Source of the DNA: an uncultured delta proteobacterium
GTDB taxonomy: Bacteria > Desulfobacterota > BSN033 > UBA1163
DNA length: 64,000 bases
Assembly (NCBI GenBank): GCA_963708295.1
Contig: CAVPSJ010000019.1
Coordinates: 64,001-128,000 of the forward strand
Direction: 5' to 3'
Position numbers and translations under genes: made by a program. Below are positions 38,440 to 47,588 of the stretch, one piece after another; positions within the stretch are counted from its first letter, which is position 1, and each line of letters starts with the position of its first letter. A model generated the notes under the pieces. It saw only the letters and a program-made list of their open reading frames with translations. It made no database searches and was not told the origin of the DNA.

Positions 38440-39567
38440 TTATGGGGTCTTCAGGGCATCTCGAAGCTCCCGGGTGAGAAGTTCTACGGTCCCCCGGGTC
38501 CCCCCCGCCAATTTCCTCCGCCACTCTCCCTCCGTCTCGAATCGGTCTTCTCCGATTCTATCCCCCCAGGGTTTGATCGCCTCTCGAATGCCAAAATAAT
38601 CGAAAGAATCATTCTTTAATTCCTTCGATCGCGCCATGACATCCGGGCTTACTCGAATAAAGGCGCGAAGAGCGGCTCCGGTCTTAATACTGTATTTCCG
38701 GCCCGCCCAGGCCTTCGGGAAGAGTGCCAGAACGGCCTTGAAGTAGTTCAGAAAGAATCGCTTTCCGTTCTCCTCAAATCCCTTGAATCGCTCCTTCCCT
38801 CCGAGTTTCTCGATGTTGCTAAAAAGCTCCACCATTTCATCGGCCAGCGAGGCCTGGGAAACACTGCCCTTCCCGACGCCCAATATTTTGACTTCTCCCT
38901 TCAAAGGAGAGCTCTCTTCTTCATTGAGCTCGCGAATGACATCATGCGCCAATGCCTGGTACCGGTCGGCATAAAGCCTTCGGCCCGACAGGGAGATAAG
39001 ATGGGAGGGATTGAGCCGGGTGTGCTTGGCATTGATCGTGACAAAAAGCTCGACGGTCTGGCGAGGATCCAGGCTGTCGAAGAGGACCGCGGGGACATCG
39101 ATGTCAATCTCTTTTTCGGTCTGGGCGCTGAGGGCTAACAATCGGTGCTGACCATCCAGGCAGCGAAGGATCCCGGTTTCCTCCGGGATCTCGAGCATCC
39201 CCAGGTTGGAATTCTTTCCGACGGAGGAGAATCGAAGCCGTTTCTCCGTAATCATGATCACGGCACCCGGGATGGCGGGTAGATTTCTGGCCTCCTGACA
39301 ATCCGAATAATACCGGACCAATTCACGGATCTTCTTCTGAATCATCGGCCTTTGAAAGGCGGCCTCGCTCCTCCCGATCCTTTTCTCCAGCAATTCCCAG
39401 TTGATGGCGGAGGCTTTCCCGGTTTTTTTTCGCTCCTTCTCATCCGCGACCGCTGGATAATTCAACACTTCAAATTTAACCAGCTTCTGGATATCGCCCG
39501 ATGTAAAAGAGGTTTGATAGAACTCCACCCCAAATTGTCTAACCTTATGGGCCGGGACTGTGATCAT
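38440..39567 (-). CDS. DGQHR-domain protein (DndB-like)
   Basis: FQR motif, LDGQHR, FVTINAKH. Confidence 0.88.
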   Translation of the reverse strand: MITVPAHKVRQFGVEFYQTSFTSGDIQKLVKFEVLNYPAVADEKERKKTGKASAINWELLEKRIGRSEAAFQRPMIQKKIRELVRYYSDCQEARNLPAIPGAVIMITEKRLRFSSVGKNSNLGMLEIPEETGILRCLDGQHRLLALSAQTEKEIDIDVPAVLFDSLDPRQTVELFVTINAKHTRLNPSHLISLSGRRLYADRYQALAHDVIRELNEEESSPLKGEVKILGVGKGSVSQASLADEMVELFSNIEKLGGKERFKGFEENGKRFFLNYFKAVLALFPKAWAGRKYSIKTGAALRAFIRVSPDVMARSKELKNDSFDYFGIREAIKPWGDRIGEDRFETEGEWRRKLAGGTRGTVELLTRELRDALKTP

Positions 39568-39790
39568 AACCCACCCCCTCCTTGACGGATTCAACCACGC
39601 TACGCGCATAGCGCCAAGCACTTAGCGCCTTTCCATAGATACATAGATACCAAAATTTCTATACCGAAACAAGCAATTTCTGTTCCTCTCCGATTGATTT
39701 TGGTTGCTTTTGGGGTGCCCGTTTGTTAGATTTGAACTATATCGCTTTTTTGTTTCGAGGGATAACGTTAATCAAGCCAGGAGGAATCGA

Positions 39791-40195
39791 ATGAAAAAGA
39801 GATTATGGATGAGCCTATTCGCCATCTTCTTTATGGTCGGGATACTGGCGACTTTTGCCAAGTCTGCGGACGTCCCCAGGATGAAAAAAGATGAGCTCAA
39901 GGCAATGCTCGACAACCCTGATCTGGTCATCCTTGATGTGCGCAGTGAAAACGACTGGAAAGATGGCGATTCGAAGATCAAAGGAGCTGTTCGAGAAGAT
40001 CCGGAATCCGTTAAACCCTGGGCAGAGAAGTACTCAAAGGATAAGACCTTGGTTCTTTACTGTGCCTGACCTTCGGAGGGAACCAGCGCCCGTGTGGCGC
40101 AGAAGCTGATGGACATGGGATTTACAAAGGTTTATGCCCTCAAAGGGGGCTGGAGGGAATGGCTCAGGGCCAACTACCCCACCGAAAAAAAGTGA
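39791..40195 (+). CDS. Exported rhodanese-like selenoprotein, Sec at TGA 40067-40069
   Basis: ILDVRS...LVLYCA-U-PSEGTSARVAQKLMDMGFTKVYALKGGWREW...PTEKK; read-through restores the rhodanese C-terminus; AGGAGG SD; signal peptide. Confidence 0.92.
40084..40108 (+). promoter_or_regulatory. Putative bacterial SECIS hairpin
   Basis: GCGCC[CGTGT]GGCGC stem-loop; loop starts about 21 nt after the UGA with G at loop position 2. Confidence 0.7.
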
Positions 40196-40327
40196 GTTTT
40201 TGTTCCCGTCTATTCGCGGTTCTGGAGAGTCTCAAAGATATAAAAGCCTCACAAAAGGATTGCGCTGTCTAATCGCCTTGCCCTACGACTGGAATCTAAA
40301 ACAGTAAGAAAACAGAGGAACTGCTCA

Positions 40328-40930
40328 ATGAAAAGAATGTGTTTCATCTTGATGTTTCTGCTTTTTTCTTTCACGTTACCCTTGTTTCAGGCTTTTTCAC
40401 AAGAAGTTCGATACAAAAGATTCTCACCCGAGGAGGTCAAAAAGATGTCCGAACAGCAAGCAATCATCCACACAAGATTAGGAGATATTACTTTGAAGTT
40501 CTTCCCTGATATAGCGCCCAATCATGTGAATAACTTCATCGAACTTGCTAAGAAAGGCTTTTACAACGGAACGATTTTCCACAGGGTCGTCCCCAAGTTT
40601 GTCATTCAAGGAGGGGACCCGAACTCAAAAGATCCTGACCGTTCGAAGCATGGCACGGGAGGTCCCGGTTATAGCGTCAAAGCAGAATTCAGCAAGACCC
40701 CTCATAAGCGCGGAACGCTCTCCATGGCCAGGTCTGCCCATCCAGACAGCGCCGGATCCCAGTTCTTCATCTGCGTTGCGGCTGCACCTTTTCTCGATGG
40801 AAAATATACGGCCTTTGGAGAGGTGGTGAAGGGAATCGAGGTCGTGGATAAGATCGTTTCCCAGCCCAGAGATGGTAACGATAATCCAAATGACCGAATC
40901 GAAATGACGGTCGACATCGTCACCGAATGA
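40328..40930 (+). CDS. Cyclophilin-type peptidyl-prolyl isomerase, exported
   Basis: FYNGTIFHRVVPKFVIQGGDP, GTLSMAR, AGSQFFI. Confidence 0.95.
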   Translation: MKRMCFILMFLLFSFTLPLFQAFSQEVRYKRFSPEEVKKMSEQQAIIHTRLGDITLKFFPDIAPNHVNNFIELAKKGFYNGTIFHRVVPKFVIQGGDPNSKDPDRSKHGTGGPGYSVKAEFSKTPHKRGTLSMARSAHPDSAGSQFFICVAAAPFLDGKYTAFGEVVKGIEVVDKIVSQPRDGNDNPNDRIEMTVDIVTE

Positions 40931-41289
40931 ATATGAACCAAGGACAGAAGAAAATGCCTTTTCAGGATGAGTGGGGCCATGACGCCTCGGTTCAAAGTAT
41001 GCGACGGGTCTTTTCCTCCATCGAGGAGGCTCAGCGGGAATTATTATTCTGTTTGAATATTTCCTATCTGGACCGGAGACTACGGCGCAGTCGCGAACAG
41101 GCGCTTGAGCTTTTCGAACGGACCTGGACAAAGGCCCTTCGAAAGGGAGGGATGGACGAAAAAGATGCCGCTCCCCTCTATCTTCACTGCCTGGCGCGGA
41201 CGTTGCGTTCAGCCGGGGTTGAAGTCTCAGAGGAAGTGTTGCCCAAGGATGAAAAGGTCATTCACCTTCTACGAAAGGACCCGTCATGA
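40927..41289 (+). CDS. Hypothetical protein
   Basis: Overlaps both neighbours by 4 nt (translational coupling). Confidence 0.65.
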   Translation: MNMNQGQKKMPFQDEWGHDASVQSMRRVFSSIEEAQRELLFCLNISYLDRRLRRSREQALELFERTWTKALRKGGMDEKDAAPLYLHCLARTLRSAGVEVSEEVLPKDEKVIHLLRKDPS

Positions 41290-41621
41290 TCCGTCTCCGC
41301 TTGTTTGGCCGCTGCAGGATTTATCACGATCCTGTCAGCCCGGTGCTTCTTGCCCCGGCACAAATCGGCTGGAAAGCGTGGTTTCGGAACATTGATCTGG
41401 TCACTCCGCAACCGCTGAAAGGTGAAGAACTGCTCCTCCGGACACGCGGCTGGTGGACGGTGGAGCCAAAGGACGTGGCCGAGGTCGTCAAGAAATATGG
41501 TCGGCTCATGGTGGGGGAAGAAGGAGACCTGATGACCGAGTTTGACGACCAGAATGCGGCGGAGTCCCTTTCAGCCGAGTTGAAGGAGCGCTTCGGAGAC
41601 CAGGTTCAGCTTTCGCCGTGA
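41286..41621 (+). CDS. Hypothetical protein
   Basis: AAGGA SD; ATGA coupling. Confidence 0.7.
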   Translation: MIRLRLFGRCRIYHDPVSPVLLAPAQIGWKAWFRNIDLVTPQPLKGEELLLRTRGWWTVEPKDVAEVVKKYGRLMVGEEGDLMTEFDDQNAAESLSAELKERFGDQVQLSP

Positions 41622-41709
41622 TAACCCAAAAACCGCACAGGGCATAGCGCATAGCGTAAACAATACAGCGGGAGAAAACGACACTCGTTAATAGTGGAAG
41701 GTGGCTTAA

Positions 41710-42045
41710 ATGAAAAACAAACCTTATCGAATCCATCATAAGCAACCTCCTCAAAAACCGGGTGACTACCCGTCGATTGAGGAGGCTCTTAAGAAATTAA
41801 AGAAGGCCGAGCCGCCGTGGAGTGATTATCGGGAACGGTCCCTCAAAATCCACGGCCTGATTTGCGCCAAGTGCGGAAGAGAATTTGATGAAAAGACCCG
41901 GCACCTTTTGACCGTCCACCACAAAGACGGCAATCACCTCAACAACCCCCCCGATGGATCGAACTGGGAGAACCTGTGTGTCTATTGCCACGATGACGAA
42001 CACAGCCGGGAACTGCTGGGAAAATATTTATCCGAAGAAAAATAA
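41710..42045 (+). CDS. yajD: YajD-family HNH nuclease
   Basis: YRERSLK, CAKCGREF, LTVHHKDGNH.NNPPDGSNWENLCVYCHDDEH. Confidence 0.9.
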   Translation: MKNKPYRIHHKQPPQKPGDYPSIEEALKKLKKAEPPWSDYRERSLKIHGLICAKCGREFDEKTRHLLTVHHKDGNHLNNPPDGSNWENLCVYCHDDEHSRELLGKYLSEEK

Positions 42046-42071
42046 AAAAGGGCGGGAAAAGTCCCGCCCTT
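42046..42071. terminator. Hairpin between convergent genes
   Basis: AAGGGCGGGA-AAAG-TCCCGCCCTT. Confidence 0.65.
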
Positions 42072-42102
42072 CCGTGATTGCTCCAGTTTAACCATTCCCT
42101 AT

Positions 42103-42804
42103 TTAATATCGGATAGAGAACCCGGCGCTTACGAACCATTCTTTCCTGAATTTGTCCATTTCTTCAACGGATGGCGTATTTATCTCAAACCCGTTTCCGC
42201 TGGTGTCCAATCTTCTATAACCGCCTCCCAGGAAGGGCTCAAGAATAAACCGCTGCAGTTTCACCGTCCCGCCGGCAAATGCCCCGACTCCCCACCGGTT
42301 TCCGTCCAGGGATATTTTATCAAGGAAATTGCTTGGCAAGGAATCCGCATATTTGAAATTAAGGTCCTCGCTGATCCAGCCATAGAAGAAGTTTAGACCG
42401 GTCCTCAATGTTACCGAGGGGGAAACCACTTTCTCTCCGGCCAGTTTTAGGATAATTTGATGTTCGGTATGATTCGGATATTTTCCATAATCGAAGATTC
42501 CGAAGTCGACACCATCCGTACCAAAGGCCCAAAACGAGGTCTTTTCGTCGAGAAACGCATAATAGATTCCGGCGGCGATGGTTGTCCCTGCGGAAAACTC
42601 CTTGCTCACGCCTCCACCCGCCTCAAGGAAAAGAATCCTTTCTTCATGGATGTAATCAGCAGTGCCGTTTGCGAAGAATAGGCTTCCCGGCCCGGAGCCG
42701 TCTTTTCTCTTCTTCTGGTAATTAATTCTTGCGCTGAAGGGTAACGTAAGACCGCCCGCGAGTTGGATGGAAGAGACTTGGGGGCAGCCCTTGACCGGTG
42801 ACAA
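42103..42804 (-). pseudogene. C-terminal fragment of an outer-membrane beta-barrel protein
   Basis: Alternating beta-strand pattern, ends AGFSIRY; no signal peptide or credible start. Confidence 0.6.
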
Positions 42805-42906
42805 AATGGACGAGGACGGGATGAAAGGAACGTTGGAACTTTGAATTGTCGACTTGCGAAAAAGAAAGAACTCCTAGAAAATTGGGGGTACGAGAAAGAA
42901 AGGAAC

Positions 42907-43194
42907 TTATAATTCAACGCGGTTGATGATTGTGATTCCCGTATGATAACAGCAGCAGGCGCTGTCAAAACTATTATCAAAGACCCTCTGTTTGCCGTCC
43001 TGGAAGAGAATTCGAGCATAACACATCCCCCCGGGTAAATCAGAGGCCCATGTCTCCATCACCATCCCCCCTCCCCAGGATTTACACTTCTTATGAAACA
43101 CCTTGTCTCCAACACGAAGATAAGTGTGTTTCCCATTCTTCTGCTTTTGCGTTGAGCAGATCTCGCTTCTTTTCTGAGGGAGGTTTTTCATCAT
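42907..43194 (-). CDS. Small hypothetical protein (SH3-like / DUF3553-like)
   Basis: LRVGDKVFH..WGGG.V....RILFQDG; coupled to the lpxL stop; C-terminal CCC. Confidence 0.55.
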   Translation of the reverse strand: MMKNLPQKRSEICSTQKQKNGKHTYLRVGDKVFHKKCKSWGGGMVMETWASDLPGGMCYARILFQDGKQRVFDNSFDSACCCYHTGITIINRVEL

Positions 43195-44084
43195 CAGGAA
43201 ACTCTCTTTTTCCTCTCCCACCTTCGATGGACCCAGAACCATTGATCAGGATACTGTCGGATCATGGATTCAAGGGTATGATTGAAAAGTTGAGTATTGG
43301 TCTCCGCATCTTTCTTGATATCTCTGGTATGGACCAACTCGAGCGGCTCTTGAATGATGAGCCGATGCTTTCCAAACCCATTTCGAACCATAAAAACCGG
43401 CACTACAGGGGCTCCCGTCTTCATCGCCAGGACGGCCAAACCAGGAGTGGTCGGCGCCTTCTTCCCAAAAAAGTCAGCCCATACCCCTTCGCTTCGTTTC
43501 GCCCTCTGGTCGATCAAGATCCCCACCACTCGATTTTTGGAAAGCGCCTTGATCACGGTCCGGCTCGCCTTGATGCTCGAAACCACTTCAAGACCCGCGG
43601 CGTTTCTGATCTCTGTAATATATTGATCCATCCTCATATTCTTTTTCATCGGTTTCGCAATCACCATGATCGAGTCCCCGATCAGCTTGGACATGATTCC
43701 CATCATCTCCCAATTCCCAAAATGGGAAAGAAGAAGGAGTATCCCTTTCCCTTTCTCAAGAAGCCTCAGGGCCTGGTCTAACCCCTCAATTGTAACCCTT
43801 TTTTTGAACGTTTCCACATCCATCCTGGGGATCCTGAAGAACTCGACGGCCATCATCCCCAAATTCTGAAAGGCCTTTTGGGCAATCGCGTGACGCTCCC
43901 TTTCGGATTTTTCCTTACCGAAAGCGACTTGAAGATTCTCAAGGGCCACCTTCCGCCGCTCCCAATCCAGATGAAAAAAGATGCCCCCCAACTGCCTCCC
44001 GCACCAAAGGGCAAAACCTTCCGGCAGAAAGTTAACAAAGAGGCTGAAACCTTTGATCAGTAAGACCTGGAGGTAACCCATCAA
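43194..44084 (-). CDS. lpxL: Lipid A late acyltransferase (LpxL/HtrB family)
   Basis: HFGNWE, ILIDQ, FFGK.A.T, PDQWFWVHRRW. Confidence 0.9.
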   Translation of the reverse strand: MMGYLQVLLIKGFSLFVNFLPEGFALWCGRQLGGIFFHLDWERRKVALENLQVAFGKEKSERERHAIAQKAFQNLGMMAVEFFRIPRMDVETFKKRVTIEGLDQALRLLEKGKGILLLLSHFGNWEMMGIMSKLIGDSIMVIAKPMKKNMRMDQYITEIRNAAGLEVVSSIKASRTVIKALSKNRVVGILIDQRAKRSEGVWADFFGKKAPTTPGLAVLAMKTGAPVVPVFMVRNGFGKHRLIIQEPLELVHTRDIKKDAETNTQLFNHTLESMIRQYPDQWFWVHRRWERKKRVS

Positions 44085-44098
44085 CCGTTTTTCTCCCT

Positions 44099-44210
44099 AA
44101 ATTCCAAATCCCAAACAAGCTCCAAAATCCAATTTCTAAATGACCCAAACAGTCTCGTTTGGAATTTTGGTGATTGGAATTTATTTGAAATTCGGTATTT
44201 GGTATCTAAA
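44099..44210. repeat. Heptamer-armed palindromic element
   Basis: AAATTCCAAATCCCAAAC...GTTTGGAATTTTGGTGATTGGAATTT. Confidence 0.65.
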
Positions 44211-44224
44211 ATGTGATGCTTATT

Positions 44225-44410
44225 CTACTCCTCCCCCTGATAGGGAAGCGCTTCGTCAATCAACATCACGGGGATATCGTCCTTGATCGGGTAGAGCAAA
44301 TGACACGCCTTACAGATCAAGCCATCCCCTTTACGATTCAGGAAAATATCTCCTTTGCACTTCGGACAGGCCAAAATCTCCAAAAGCTCTTTACTGATAA
44401 CCATTTTCAT
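44225..44410 (-). CDS. Trm112/YcaR-family protein
   Basis: LLEILACPKCKG...CKAC.L.YPI.DDIPVML. Confidence 0.92.
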   Translation of the reverse strand: MKMVISKELLEILACPKCKGDIFLNRKGDGLICKACHLLYPIKDDIPVMLIDEALPYQGEE

Positions 44411-44469
44411 TCTCCTTTTCTATCTCTTTCCTACGATAGATTCATCTCCCATGGAGGATCAAAATGAAT

Positions 44470-44676
44470 AATCCCCCCTCCCCTCTGAAGCTGTGAAAAA
44501 ATTGAATTTCAGTCCCGCCGTAGCGGGATGAAAACCGGGGTCCAGCCGGTTTGTAATGTCATGAAAACTCTGGATTCCGGCTGGAGTTTATCCCGATGCA
44601 AATCGGGGCCGGAATGACATGAGAAAGAACCAAATCAATTTTTTGCACTTCCCCTTTACTAAAGGGCGGGGATTTT
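44470..44676. repeat. Composite MITE/REP-like element, copy 2
   Basis: 44487-44651 matches 26703-26866. Confidence 0.85.
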
Positions 44677-44679
44677 ACC

Positions 44680-45258
44680 CTAAGGCGATTCCTGTTGAAG
44701 AATCCACTGAACAGCTTCAAGAAGGTCCCCCGCCACGTAATCAGGTTTGGCCTCCCATTGGCCGCTGAAATATTCCCATTCCCCCCTCCCATACCCGGTC
44801 AGGACCAAAATCGCTTTGGCTCCAACGCGACGGGCAAATTCTATATCCGCTCCTCGGTCCCCGACCACGTAACTCCGCAACGGGTCAAGATCCAGCTCTT
44901 TCACGGCCTCTTCGACCAACCCGGTCGCCGGCTTTCGACATCGGCACTTCTGCCGATACGGAGGACTCCCGATCTCGGGATGATGGGGACAGTAATAGAT
45001 CCCGTCGAGATGGGCCCCCTCTTTCTTCAAGAGTTCCTCCATCTTCCGGTGAACTTGATGAACCAGGGACTCGGGAAAATATCCTCTCGCCACGCCCGAC
45101 TGATTCGTGACCACCACCGCCTTCCATTCGTATTGGTTCAACAATCGAATCGCCTGACCCACGCGGGGAAGAAGATAAAACCGTTCGATATGGTTTACGT
45201 ATCCCACCTCTTCATTGAGGGTCCCGTCCCGATCAAGAAAGACCGCCTTGTGTGTCAT
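44680..45258 (-). CDS. gmhB: D-glycero-D-manno-heptose 1,7-bisphosphate phosphatase
   Basis: FLDRDGT, TNQSGVARG, YCPHHP, CRKP, VGD. Confidence 0.92.
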   Translation of the reverse strand: MTHKAVFLDRDGTLNEEVGYVNHIERFYLLPRVGQAIRLLNQYEWKAVVVTNQSGVARGYFPESLVHQVHRKMEELLKKEGAHLDGIYYCPHHPEIGSPPYRQKCRCRKPATGLVEEAVKELDLDPLRSYVVGDRGADIEFARRVGAKAILVLTGYGRGEWEYFSGQWEAKPDYVAGDLLEAVQWILQQESP

Positions 45259-45309
45259 ACCTCTTCCCTAAGACGCTGAGATGGCGCGATAGCAAGACAC
45301 GGGGAAACC

Positions 45310-45485
45310 ACTTCACCCCGTCACCCGATCACCGTGTCACCGCGTCTCCTGATCGCTGGGTCTTTAATCCCCCCATCCCCTTATCTCCCTATCGCCGTGT
45401 CGTGACTCTCTCCGTCACCGGGTCTCTCCATCGCCCTATCTTTAATCTCCCCATCCCCCCATCTCCGTGTCTTCGTTTCGCCGGA
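45310..45485. repeat. Degenerate octamer tandem repeat (CCGTGTCA / CCGCGTCT / CCCATCTC)
   Basis: Pyrimidine-rich 8-nt periodicity between lpxH and gmhB. Confidence 0.65.
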
Positions 45486-46265
45486 TCACCCTTCGTTGTA
45501 TCGTTCCAGTTCAAATCGATCGGGAGGGGTAAAACGCAAGAAAGACCGGTGAACCACCCAATCTCCTACATTGTAGTAAAGACATCTCCTCCCATCAATC
45601 CACTCCTCAACCCCTTCCGGGAAATGGGAGTGGCCGAGGATGACGATCTCAAACCCCCGCAAAAACTTCTGATGAGCAAAAGCCCTGAAAGCCGGGGGGG
45701 GAGCAGGCTGCTCTCCGTCATGATATTTTTGATAAGTGACGTCGCTTAATCTTTGAGCAATGTGCCGAGAGATCCGAGGACCGACAAAATGGATGAGACG
45801 ATAGGTCAGTGCGTTCTTGAGAATTCTTCGGAAGACCCGGTAAGTCCACTGCCTTGGATTCGATAAATCTCCATGGGCGATGAAGGCCCTGCTTTCTCCC
45901 AACCTTTCTTCACACCCGTCGGGATAGACCTCAACCTCCATCCCAAATTGTTCCGGGAAAAAGGAATGAAGAAAGAAATCGTGGTTCCCCTCGAAGTATT
46001 TAATTCGGATCCCTTCGTGGTACAAGCGTTGAAGCTGATTAAGAACGGGGAGGTAATCGGAAAACAAAGAAGGTTTCTCGGTTGAGGAACCCTTTTTAAA
46101 ACCGAAGAAGAATTCGAAAAGATCGCCCAGGATCACCAGATGGCCAATCCGCTTTTTCTCTGAATCCAAGAATCTGAGAAAACCCTCCATGGACTCAGAA
46201 TCTCGTCCGGTGAAATGGGCATCGGAAACAAAAATCCAGTCCTTTTCGGAACGAACCAATCCCAA
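45486..46265 (-). CDS. lpxH: UDP-2,3-diacylglucosamine diphosphatase
   Basis: SDAH, LGDLF, GNHD, AHGD, GHSH; lipid A context. Confidence 0.85.
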   Translation of the reverse strand: MGLVRSEKDWIFVSDAHFTGRDSESMEGFLRFLDSEKKRIGHLVILGDLFEFFFGFKKGSSTEKPSLFSDYLPVLNQLQRLYHEGIRIKYFEGNHDFFLHSFFPEQFGMEVEVYPDGCEERLGESRAFIAHGDLSNPRQWTYRVFRRILKNALTYRLIHFVGPRISRHIAQRLSDVTYQKYHDGEQPAPPPAFRAFAHQKFLRGFEIVILGHSHFPEGVEEWIDGRRCLYYNVGDWVVHRSFLRFTPPDRFELERYNEG

Positions 46266-46268
46266 CCC

Positions 46269-47573
46269 TCACCTTCCAACACCACAATAATCAAACCCTA
46301 ATTGCTTCATGTGCTCCGGGTCGTAGACATTTCTCAGATCGATGAAGACCGGGGCTCTCAGCAACCCTTTGATACGCTGAAGGTCCAGACGTCGGAATTG
46401 ATTCCATTCTGTCGCGAGGACCAACGCATCCGCTCCCTTCGCCACATCGTAGGCATCTTTTCCAAGTTCAACCCCGGGGAGAGCCGCTTTAGCTTCCTCC
46501 ATGGCCGCCGGGTCGAAGGCCTTCACTTTGGCCCCCAGGTCCAAAAGACCCTGGATGATCACAATGGAAGAGGATTCCCGGATATCGTTCGTATTAGGCT
46601 TGAAGGAAAGGCCCAAAATCCCTATGGTTTTACCCTTCGGATCCCCGACTTTCTCTGTAATCTTGCCGATCATCCGCCTCTTTTGTCCCTCATTGACTTC
46701 GATGACCGCTTGCAGGATTTTGAAAGAGTACCCCTTCTCCTGCGCGATCTTTGACAGGGCCCGGGTATCCTTCGGAAAGCAAGAACCTCCGTAGCCAGGA
46801 CCCGGGTGGAGAAATTTTTTCCCGATCCTCCCGTCCAGACCCATCGCCCTTGACACATCGTGAACATCCGCCCCCACCTTCTCGCAGAGGTTGGCGATCT
46901 CATTGATGAAGCTTATCTTGGTGGCCAGGAATGAATTGGACGCGTATTTGATCATTTCAGCCGTTTCCAGAGAGGTAATGACAAAGGGAGTTTCAATCAG
47001 ATAGAGAGCGCTGTAAATGTCCTTCATGATGGCAGCCGCCTGTTCGCTTTCGGCCCCCAGGGTAACCCGGTCCGGCCTCATGAAATCCTCTACGGCGGAA
47101 CCCTCCCTTTGAAATTCAGGATTGGAAACGACATCAAAGGGAGTGGGTTTGGTCTGATGATCTTTGATCAGTTGTTTCAGACGACGACAGGTCCCGACCG
47201 GAACCGTGGATTTCACCACTACCACCTTATAGCCATCCATGTTCCGAGCAATCTCCTTGGCCACTTCTTCCACGTACTTAAGGTCGGCAGAGCCATCGTC
47301 ACCGGAAGGAGTCCCCACGGCAATGAAGATTACCAGACTCGATTTCACACCCTCCCCGATACTCGTTGAAAAAGAAAGCCTTCCTTCCCTCATATTCTTC
47401 GCGACGAGGTCCTCAAGCCCGGGTTCGTGGATGGTCACCTTCCCCTGCCGCAAGAGGTCAATCTTGGAGCGATCGTTATCCACACAGATCAGATTCATTC
47501 CAAACTCGGCTAAACAGGCTCCCGTGACCAGTCCAACATAACCGGTTCCGACAATACAGATATTCATAGCCAT
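46269..47573 (-). CDS. ugd: UDP-glucose 6-dehydrogenase
   Basis: GTGYVG, KSTVP, SNPEF, KYASN, GGSCFPKD. Confidence 0.95.
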   Translation of the reverse strand: MAMNICIVGTGYVGLVTGACLAEFGMNLICVDNDRSKIDLLRQGKVTIHEPGLEDLVAKNMREGRLSFSTSIGEGVKSSLVIFIAVGTPSGDDGSADLKYVEEVAKEIARNMDGYKVVVVKSTVPVGTCRRLKQLIKDHQTKPTPFDVVSNPEFQREGSAVEDFMRPDRVTLGAESEQAAAIMKDIYSALYLIETPFVITSLETAEMIKYASNSFLATKISFINEIANLCEKVGADVHDVSRAMGLDGRIGKKFLHPGPGYGGSCFPKDTRALSKIAQEKGYSFKILQAVIEVNEGQKRRMIGKITEKVGDPKGKTIGILGLSFKPNTNDIRESSSIVIIQGLLDLGAKVKAFDPAAMEEAKAALPGVELGKDAYDVAKGADALVLATEWNQFRRLDLQRIKGLLRAPVFIDLRNVYDPEHMKQLGFDYCGVGR

Positions 47574-47588
47574 ATTCCTCCTCTTACC

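Noticed and set aside
38440-39567. Complete DNA phosphorothioation or defence island
   Set aside because: No dndA/C/D/E, ssp, pbe or restriction genes nearby.
41710-42045. HNH gene as a homing endonuclease or mobile element
   Set aside because: Matches the small chromosomal YajD family; no intron or element boundaries.
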